Shown piece by piece: positions 51,872-62,500 of a stretch of DNA of 64,000 nt. Both the position numbers and the translations under genes were made by a program. Below the pieces are notes generated by a model. That model searched no databases. It worked only from the letters and a program-made list of their open reading frames with translations, and was not told where the DNA came from. The number at the start of each line of letters is the position of its first letter. Positions within the stretch are counted from its first letter, which is position 1. The DNA lies in the NCBI RefSeq assembly GCF_006345805.1, contig NC_043000.1, positions 90,272,001 to 90,336,000 of the forward strand. The letters run 5' to 3'. This stretch comes from Octopus sinensis. Taxonomy: Eukaryota.

Positions 51872-54800
51872 TCCCCCCAACATCACTTGACAACCAATGC
51901 TGGTGTGTTTACGTCCCCGTAACTTAGCGGTTTGGCAAAAGAGATAGAATAAGTACTAGGCTTACAAAGAATAAGTCCTGGGGGCGATTTGCTTGACTAA
52001 AGGCAGTGCTCCAGCATGGCCACAGTCAAATGACTGAAACAAGTAAAAGAGTAAAAAGAGTGTATATTTAAAATGAACTGTTTTTTTTAATGTTTTGTAG
52101 GTATTTAACGTTCAACAGAATCTATTAGGAAACCAGCAAAATTTATCTTTTAACCAAGGATCAATTACGTTACCTGTAAGTATTCATTTCTGGTTTTGTT
52201 TTCCCATCTTACATCCGTTTAATCATAGCATGACAGATATTATATTCTTTGAACATTTGGATATTTATGTAAGCCCTATCTTGTTGTTACAGAAGACAGA
52301 TCTTTAATTTTCTGGTGTAACATCCAAGCAATAATTTCTGTTAGTTTTCGCCTTGACCTACTTTTGCCTGGCAATTTTCTGAAATCCTCTACATCATTGG
52401 ATTGTTTCAACGATTTTGTTACTATATTTATGTTGAAATACACTGCTTTTGTTTCAGTTAATTTTTAAAATAATGAAAAATTTTGCTAAATAACTTTCTC
52501 GTTATTAAGCTGGTGTTTCAAACATTAGCAAACATGAAATTTTGATGTAAAATTTGAACACTTTGAAACATGAAATTTGTATCATATAACTAGGAGCTGC
52601 CTTGGGCTTCTTCAAGGAGGATAATCAAATTACATACTTTATAAATTATTGGATGATGATAATAAATTTAATCAGTGTGCTTATTAAAACCATGTTTGTC
52701 AAAACTGTGGTAAGCAAGAGGTAGTTGTAGTGTTGATCATTTGATCAAATTGACTTGTTCCTTATAAAACATTGACATTGTGCTTAGACTAAAGCAATCG
52801 ATATTTCTGGATTTATCTATATTGTTATTGATCATCTGTCTTATGTCTTCAGAGCTCGCAACAGTTAACAAATGTAATAGACGTGAGTCCTTTGAACACA
52901 TCCTTTGCACCTACTTTGCCGACCACTTCTCTACAAAGCATACTTCCAAACAGGTAAGTGCTGAACAAGAATAATATTAATAAGATTCTTATTATTAGTA
53001 AATTCAATTATTGTCAAATATTCATAAAGTTTTATTAAGGAATCTTCCTTTTTTTTAAAGTTCAAATTCCTCTGGAATTGACTTTGCCTTTCATCCTTTC
53101 GGGGTCAATAAAAGAAGCACCAGTTGAGTACTAGGGTCAATGTAATTGGCTATGCCCCTCCCCAAAATTTCAGGCCTTATGCCTATAGTAGAAAGGATTG
53201 TTACTTAACACAGAGTAAACTTTATTGGCCATTGCTATCATGCTGAATATTAAGCCATATCAGATGTTATATTTTGGACACTTCTGCACCTTAATAAAGG
53301 ACAAAGAGTTTTCTGGTGTGGTAAAATGCACCTCAGTTGCAGTTTTTGAAGACGTTTCCTAAATCTATGTTGTTATTGTATTCGTTAATAGTTTTTATGT
53401 ATTATTGATATGGTGTCATGTATAAAGCACTCAGTACATTCTCTTAAAGTGCTTGGCATTAGGAAACCATACTAAAGCAGACAATAAAACTTAGCCCAGC
53501 CCTCTGGCTTGCCATCTCCTGTCAAACTGTCCAGCCATAACCAACATGAAAATAAATGTTTGATGATGGTGATGATGATGATGATGTGTGTAACCTATGC
53601 TTATATCAAAGTACCTATGTACTTTACACAGTACATATGTATTCATTATATGACTTATTTATTAGTTATGGATTTCATTGTATGTTAGTTGTAGGTTTCA
53701 TTCTATGTCAGCAAGATTGATGTTTAAAACTATCTTATCAACTAATCTTTTTACAGAGAACCAAAACAGACTGCTGCTCAGAAACAACGCCAAGCTAATA
53801 TGATACGTGAGGTAGAAGAAGGAAAACGTTCGTACAAATGTTCTTATTGTGGTAAAGGTTTCAAGAAATCAAGTCATCTAAAGCAACATGTTAGATCACA
53901 CACAGGTATGTTAAGAGTGAGTTCTTTGTAAAAATATTGTAAATTATTGTAAAAATAATAAAGATTTGTAAAGTTTAATTCATGGCAGTCCCAAGTAATT
54001 CTGAGATTTGGATCACTATATTCTGTAACTAGCTATGGATCTACAGCATTCTTCCCTAACTTTTATTCTATCTCTGACTGTCTACCTGCCTGCCTTATTG
54101 TCTGTCTCTCTATCTCTGTCATTCATTATCCTTGCCTTACTTTATCATTCATTAGTGACATCCATCACTCTCATTCTTTACCATCATTTTGTATGTCTTC
54201 AATTACTCCCTCTTCTGCCACTCAACCAAAATGTAGTTATCTCCTACATCTCATTCTCTTCCATTAATCTATCTTCTGTCACCCTCTTGCTACTGTTACT
54301 CTAGTTTTCTTTTTCTCCCCCTTCTATCTTCTTGTTATTCTCCTTATTCCACATTACTTTCTCTTCTGTTAACATCTTCATCATGTATCTATTCAGTCTC
54401 CTTGCCAACAATTGTCATGTAGCTGGCACTCTTTTTTCCATTACCCTCTCCTTTATTACTGTCTCTTCTATCGCATACTCTCTAGCTCTCTTCTTTTCTC
54501 TCTTCTATCTCCTCTTTACTTTTGCTATCCTTGTTCTTTTTTATTATTTCCTATTTCTCCCACCCAGTTTTGTGTAGAAAGAAAGGAATAATGAACAGAG
54601 ACAATGTCAAGAAGAGGGTCTCTTGAGACTTGTCAGGGATAATTTTTTGGTGCCAATGAACATGCAAATAAAAACAATGTAGGGTATAGGAGACTCTTTA
54701 GTCTTGCTGGAAACAAAACAACTCTTCTAGTGCTGGTGCCATGACAAAATGTACCCAGTTTGCACTAGAAAGGAGTTGGTGTTTGGAAGAGCATCAAGCT

Positions 54801-56513
54801 GTGGAAACCATGTCAAAAATGGGAATGAGTCAGGGTTCCCAACCCATCTAAGAGGGCAGTAACTCTGAACAAGAACTGGCTTGCACCACGATGACCTGTC
54901 CAGTCTTCTCCAGTATAGAATTCATCATTATCACCTTTGTTTAGCATCTATCTTCCATGTTGGCATGAGTTGGACTGTTTGATAGGATCTAATGAGCCAG
55001 AGGACTGTGTAGAGTTTAAATGTCTGTTTCAACACAGTTTCTATGGCTTGATGCCTTTCCTAATGCCAACCACTTCGCAAAATATACAGGGTGCATTTCT
55101 TTCACAACAGTGGTACTAGGGAGATACCAAGTAACTCGCAAGATAAGATCCCTTGCTTGAGTAAGGGTTGTAGTATTGAGGGAAATGGCTTTGTACCAGG
55201 TGTTGAACTGTTAAAGCATGATACAAGGGCAGGGATAAGTGTCTTACTGTAAAGGAGATACATGGCTGTCCTGGCTGGAATGAGGGAAAAGCTGCTGTAA
55301 AATGATGATAATGATATCATTTAATCTATTCTTGAGTTATAAATTGAGAATATATTTTTTAAAAATGCCATTTTCATCATTGCTATTTTCCTGAGATTTT
55401 TCCAATGCTATTTTCCTTTTATTTTTCCAGTGCTATTTTCATCATATTTTCCAATGCTATTTTCATCATATTTTCCGATGCTATTTTCATCATATTTTCC
55501 AATGCTATTTTCATCATATTTTTCCAATGCTATTTTCATCATATTTTTCGTTTTGTTGCAGGAGAAAAACCTTTCAGTTGCCTACAGTGTAATCGAATGT
55601 TTGTCTCAATGGGAGTGTTAAAAGCACACTTGAGGACTCATACTGGTATCAAAGATTACAATTGCCAAATATGTCATGCGGCTTTCACCACTAATGGGTC
55701 TCTCACACGGCATATGATGATACATAATACTGTGAACTCATACAAATGCATCTATTGTTCTGAAATGTTCCGCACAGTCTTGCTTTGGCGGAAACACTTA
55801 CGTATGCATAAAGAAGCTCAGAGTGGTATGTATGTTCATAATCATCAACATCTTGTTGTGAAAGAATGACTAATTCCTTGGTGTGAAAGGATTGAATAAA
55901 TGTCAAACTGTAAGGGAATGATATCTAGTACTGAAAGGAATAACATCTAGCTGTGAAATGAATGAGCAGCATCTTAGTTATGGAAGGAATTATTGTAAAA
56001 GGAATAACATCAAAATTTAAAGGGGTGATATCTGTTAGTGAAAGGATGTCTGGTTGTGAAGTCGTGAAAAGAATGACTGCCATTTAGTTGTGAAAGGAAT
56101 GATATCAAGATGTAAGGGAATGATAAACAAGATGTAAAAGAATGACATCAAGTTGTATAAAGAATGATGTCTCGATGTGAAAAGAATGATATTATTTTTG
56201 AAAGGACTGACATCTTGTGATGATGATGACATATACATGTGAAAGGATTGATATTTAGATGTGAAAGAAATAACTCTTGGCATAAAAAGAACAACATCTA
56301 AATGTAAAAGGAGTGATATTTAGATATTAAAGGAATGACATATACTTGACGGTTATTTGACGGTTATTTGTCCTCATCTTGTTTGTTGATAACACAACAT
56401 TTTGGCTGATGTACCCTCCAGCCTTCATCAGGTGTCTTGGGGAAATTTTGAACGTAGGTTCTCATTCCTAAGGTATTTTTCCATGTTGTTTAATAATAAT
56501 AATAATACTAATG

Positions 56514-56545
<32 letters not shown>

Positions 56546-59500
56546 GATGAGGACAAATATCTGTCAAATGTAAATAATGTAAATAATGGAATGATACCTT
56601 GTTGTAAAAACAGCAATTATATATAAATCTACAGAATGAAAGACTTAGAAAAATTCTCCACCTAGCCACCTTTATATACTGCCATAAATTTTCCACCCCT
56701 TGTGAGCATGGAAAAGTGGATGTTAAATGATGTTTTCCATGTGAAAATTGTTTGTTAAATATATGTAAGACAACACAAATTGTCTCGACACAAAACATTG
56801 TTTATTAAGTGTCATCCAATCAATGGACATGATTCTGTCATGTGACGTTTTTCACTCCCACATCGTTTATTATTTAAGCTTATGTTGATTCGTCTGGGAG
56901 TACAGTTTATGGACTCTGTCAGGTGATGTTAGATATACATTGACTCATTGTTGTGGATTTACTCTTTTTACCATAGCACACTTTCTGTGGTACAAACAGT
57001 TCATTTTGCATTGTGGACATTTGAAGTTACAGTTTGCCATTTTGTACTTTGGTTTGGAATTGTTGCAATGTTTTTTTCGTTTATTTATCTTCGTACAATG
57101 TCATTATTCATCTCATGTCATAACAATAGGTGATGGTTGCATGATTTTTTTTCAGAAATATATGATGAGTTCTGTGCCAAAATAAGTTTGGTAGCCACCA
57201 CATTAGGTTTCTCTTCTTTGCCTGCTGCCTGCAGGAATTCTTATGTATTGGGAGGGACAGTTAAGACAGACAGTGAAGGAAGTTGTAGTCATTAGCAAAG
57301 TAATATTTTCCTATGGAAGGTAGCAAGCTGGCAGAAATGTTAGCGTGCCAGGTGAAATGCTTAGCGGTATTTTGTCTGCCGTTACGTTCTGAGTTCAAAT
57401 TCCGCTGACGTCGACTTTGCCTTTCATCCTTTCGGGGTCGATAAACTAAGTACCAGTTACGCACTGGGGTCGATGTAATCGACTTAATCCCTTTGTCTGT
57501 CCTTGTTTGTCCCCTCTGTATTTAGCCCCTTGTGGGTAGTAAAGAAATAGGTATTTCGTCTGCTGCTACGTTCTGAGTTCAAATTCCACCGAGGTCGACT
57601 TCGCATTTCATCCTTTTGGGGTCGATAAATTAAGTACCAGTTGCGTACTGGGGTCGATCTAATCGCCTGGCCCCTCTCCCCCCAAATTTCGGGTCTTGTG
57701 CCTAGAGTAGAAAAGAATATTTTCCCTTGGTGTGAGGCAGAGAACTGACAGAATTGTTGGTATGCTGGACACAATGCTCATTGGCAGTTCGTCCATCTTT
57801 ACGTGTTGAGTTCAAATACTGCTGAGGCCGACTTTGTCTTTCATCCTTTTGAGATAGATAAATTAAGTACCAGTTGAGCACTGGGGGCAATGAAATGGAC
57901 TTAGCCCCTTACCCTGAAATTACTGGCCTTGTGCCGCCAAAATTCAAAACCAATATTTCCCCATGGCTAGACATGTTTGAACAGAAGATTGAAAACAAAG
58001 GACAACACTTCTTTGATGGTTATGCTTACTTACAGCTTTCACATTATGTTAAGACAAGATGACAGTAACACACACACACACACACACACACATACGCACA
58101 CACACACACACACAGAGGCTTCTTTCAGTTTCTGTCAAGCAAATTGACTCACAAAGCTTTTGTTAGCCTGGGGCTATAGTAGAAGAGCTTGCCCAAGGTA
58201 CCATGCAGTGGGATTGAACCCAAAGCCATGTGGTTGGGAAGCAAAGTTCATAACCTCACAGTCATGCCTGTGTCTTAAAATTTCCCTTCTAAAACTAGCC
58301 AAGGTGCCATGCAGCGGGACTGAACCCAAAGCCATGTGGGTGGGAAGCAAAGTTCATAACCACACATGCCAGTGTCCTAAAATTTCCCTTCTAAAATTGA
58401 ATATTTCATTTAGAGGTAGGTCAATGGGTAAAGAAAGTATTAAGAAAGGTAAACAGTTAAGCAAATTTCTACACTGTTTTATTTAATGTTTTCTGTTTTT
58501 CTTGAATTCTTTTTTTGTTTAGATGATGAAGAAGGGGAATATTCAGATGGAGTAAGAAAAACCAAGTTTCCTATTATTGAGATAACTGAAGAACAACTTT
58601 CCAAGGCTGATGTTTGTGAGGAAATGACTGTGTCGGAACGTATTCTCCTAGAGTCTGCGGGTGAGAAAGATCGAATTAGTGAAATAAAACAAACTCAGGT
58701 ATACATCATTACGATACATCGTTACGTTATTGAGCCATTGTATTTTTGCACCTGGTGCCATGTAAAAAGCATTGGTGTGGGTGCAGGTATTGTAACTAAT
58801 TCCTGAAATGGTTTTTTTTTTTGTTATTACAGGAGAAGCACATAGAATTGGAGAGTCTTCCAAAACATCGACATGAGTGCAACAAATGTCCAAAGAGCTT
58901 TAAGAAACCAAGTGACTTGATAAGACATTTGCGAATTCATACTGGTGAGAAACCATTCACCTGTAGCATTTGTTCCAAGTCATTTACAGTTAAGTCAACT
59001 TTGGATAGCCACATGAAGACACATGGATCAGGTAAATTTTACTAAACTAACTCCTTTCCTTCCAATCTTCTCTAGCTCTTAAAAACCCTTTTGCATTTAA
59101 ACTGGCGATATCTGGTCCAAATATTTTTGCCTTATGTTCAAACTGGCCAGATCCAGCCTCACATCTACCCAAAATTTGTCATTCTAAACATAAACAATCA
59201 TATCATTGAAAACTGAAAGCCACAAGGTAATACATGAATAATTCAAAATAATGTTAAGATATAAGCATTGCATTTGACAGAATAATCTGAATGCTAAAGG
59301 GTTAAACTGACCATATATTTTATATTCAAACTGGCCTGGTCTAGCCTCTCACACCTACCCTGCAATGTCATTCTAAAAATAAGCAATCACATCTTTGAAG
59401 TCTCAAAACTCTAAGATAATGTAAAATTAACTTTGAAAAATGCGAATAAATAAACATTACATTTGACAAAGTAATCTGAATGTTTAAAGAGCTAACTGAA

Positions 59501-62500
59501 AATTCCATCTCATATGTATCATCAATCATTCTTCCACCCTTGTCTGTTATCCATAACATCCACCCCTCATCCCTCTCCAATCTGTAGTCACCACCTACTC
59601 TCCTCTACCTTCCCTCTGTCTATTCATTATTAAGGACACCTCAACCCTTGTTCTTTCCTTATATTTACCCCTTCACTATTCTCCAACATCATCACCATCA
59701 GCATCATCATCATCGTTTAATGTCCGTTTTCCATGCTAGCATGGGTTGGACGGTTCGACCGGGGTCTGGGAAGCCAGGAGGCTGCACCAGGCTCCAGTCT
59801 GATCTGGCAGAGTTTCTACAGCTGGATGCCCTTCCTAACGCCAACCACTCCATGAGTGTAGTGGGTGCTTTTTACGTGCCAGGGGAGGCTGGCAACGTCC
59901 ACGATCGGTTGGTGCTTTTTACGTGCCACCGGCACGGAAGCCAGTCAAGGCGGCGCTGGCATTGACCACGTTTGGATGGTGCTTTTTCCGTGCCACCGGC
60001 ACAGGTATCATCATCTTATCTAATTTTAAATACTTTCATGAGTGTGAGGAATAAATTTTTATTTGTTACTGTTCTTTTCCTCTGTATTGTATTTAAATAA
60101 TTTAATCTTTTTTTTTTGTGTTTTATTTCAGGAGAGAAGCAGTTCAAGTGTCACATTTGTGTATCACCATTTTCTACAAAGGGCAGTCTGAAAGTCCACA
60201 TGCGTTTACATACTGGTGCTAAGCCTTTCAAATGTCCATATTGTGATCAACAATTCCGAACATCTGGGCACCGTAAGAGTCACATGACGTCCCATCTGAA
60301 GTCGGACACTCCCAAGAAGCGCAAAATTAACTTCAAAACAAATGTTCCTTCAGAATTGGCAACACTTTCAGTTGTCCAACCTCAGACAGGTGAACAGGAA
60401 TTACAAGAACAAGAACAACAAGAACAACTGCAGCAACAAGTGCAACAGCAACAACAACTGCAGCAACAACAACAACAACAACAGCTGCAGCAGCAGCAGC
60501 AACCACCGCCACCACCACCGCCACCACCACCATCACTACCCCCACCGCCACCACCACAGCAGCAACAACAGCAACAACAACAACCACCACCACCACCACC
60601 ACCACCACAACCACAGCAACAACAACAACATGAGGTGGTTTCACTCATAGCAAAAGAAACAGGACTGGTCGATACAAATACGTCTTCAACGAATGAAAAT
60701 TCACAACAAATTGTTAACTTGGATCAGTTACTCCTCCAGAACCAGACCAATTTGCTTCCAGTGTCTCTGGCTGTTGCTGGTAATGAGCATTTAGTGAGCA
60801 ACATCACTATTCCTACAGGAAATGGAGCTGTAGCACCAGCTACACAAACTACTGGCAACCAACTTTCTGAAACTGCATTAGCAGCACACGTTCTTCAAGG
60901 TCTTGAAAGCTTCCAGTTTCAATTGTCTGGAAACTTGGGACAAAGTATCCAGGTTATGGGCCTCGATCCAAGTTTGATGTCTCAGACTATCCATATTGAT
61001 GATGCTCTCTTGCAACAGCTGCAACAAGGCAGCCTCAATTTAACTTTGGCTCCAAACTTTGTCAGTAGTCCACCAGCTCAGATACAACTACAGACACCAA
61101 ATACACAAAACATCATGGCTTCTGTTAACCAAGATCTAACTTCAAATGTTGTCACGACGACAGCAAGTGGTACCTCACCACAGATATTGCCAAACACTAT
61201 TCAGATTCATCCAGTCAATATGCAAGACTCTATCATCATGCAGCCAATGCCAGCTATCACTGTCACTCAGAACCAAGCAATTACAGAGACAGCTCCCGCG
61301 CAGACTACTCAGACGGCTGTTGTGATGAATGGAGGAACTGATGTGGAATTAAGCACTCAGCATGGTTTCATTGTGACTGAAGCTGGAGATGCACAGGTAT
61401 AATGGTTTAGTTATTTATATATGCTCTCTTAAAGTGTTCAGTCAGTCAATGCAGTAACATATCTCTCTGTTTTGTTTTCAAATTTTGCTAGAGAAAAATT
61501 TACTTTCCTCCAGGGATCATAAAATAATTGATCACACACACACACACACATAGTCTCTACTGGCACTGCATTGGATATGACAACAAGAATTCCAGTTGAT
61601 CCAATCAATGGAACAGCCTACTCTTGAAATTAATGTGCAAATTGCTGAGCACTTCACAGACAAGTGTACCCTTAATGTAGTTTTCTAGGAAACTGGCTTC
61701 CATGCTGGTGGCATGTAAAAAGCACCATTTGAGCATGATCTTTACCTGTATTGCCTTACTGGCACTTGTGCTGGTGGTACATGAAAAAACATTCAAGCGA
61801 GGTCGTTGCCAGTGCTGCTGGACTGGCTCCTGTGCAGGTGGCACATAAAAAGCACCATTTGAGCGTGGCTGTTGCCAGTACTACCTTGACTGGCGCTTGT
61901 GCCAGTGGAACGTAAAAGCACCCACTACATTCTCGGAGTGGTTGGCGTTAGGAAGGGCATCCAGCTGTAGAAACTCTGCCAGATCAGACTGGAGCCTGGT
62001 GCAGCCATCTGGTTTGCCAGACTTCAGTCAAATCGTCCAACCCATGCTAGCATGGAAAGCGGAGGTTAAATGGTGATGATGATGATTCCATGTGACACAG
62101 AATGTGACAAAGCTGGCCTTTGAAATACAGGTGCTACTCATTTTTGCCAGCTGAGTGAACTGGAGCAATGTGAAAGGGTACAATGTGCTGTTTAGTATTG
62201 AATTCACAACCTTACAATGCTGAGCCAAATACTCCTAATCACTAAGCCATGCATTTTCATGCTAAGAGTAATATAAGACATGGATTCAGAAAATCATGCA
62301 GCTATCACAGTAAGCACCTCTTATGGACTTGGCTATCAGTCCACTTAGTAAACAATTACAAAGTAACATAATGTAAAGTATCCATGTAACTGAGAACCCG
62401 GATAATTTTTTTCTATAATAATGGTTTCAAATTTTGACACAAGGCCAGCAATTTTAGGGAATGGGGTTAGATCTGGTTTTATCATTTCTTCCTAGTTCTT

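Noticed and set aside
52883-52888. Strong internal GTGAGT donor inside exon 16
   Set aside because: Use would leave phase 0 into an exon needing phase 2, causing a frameshift; no compensating acceptor seen.
55405-55561. In-frame N-terminal extension of exon 18 through the 24-bp array
   Set aside because: The frame is open only because the unit is a stop-free multiple of three; the one upstream AG (55430) would add 131 nt and frameshift.
60333-60650. Poly-C/G, poly-V and poly-N/H ORFs overlapping exon 21
   Set aside because: Alternative-frame and antisense shadows of the CAA/CCA repeats.
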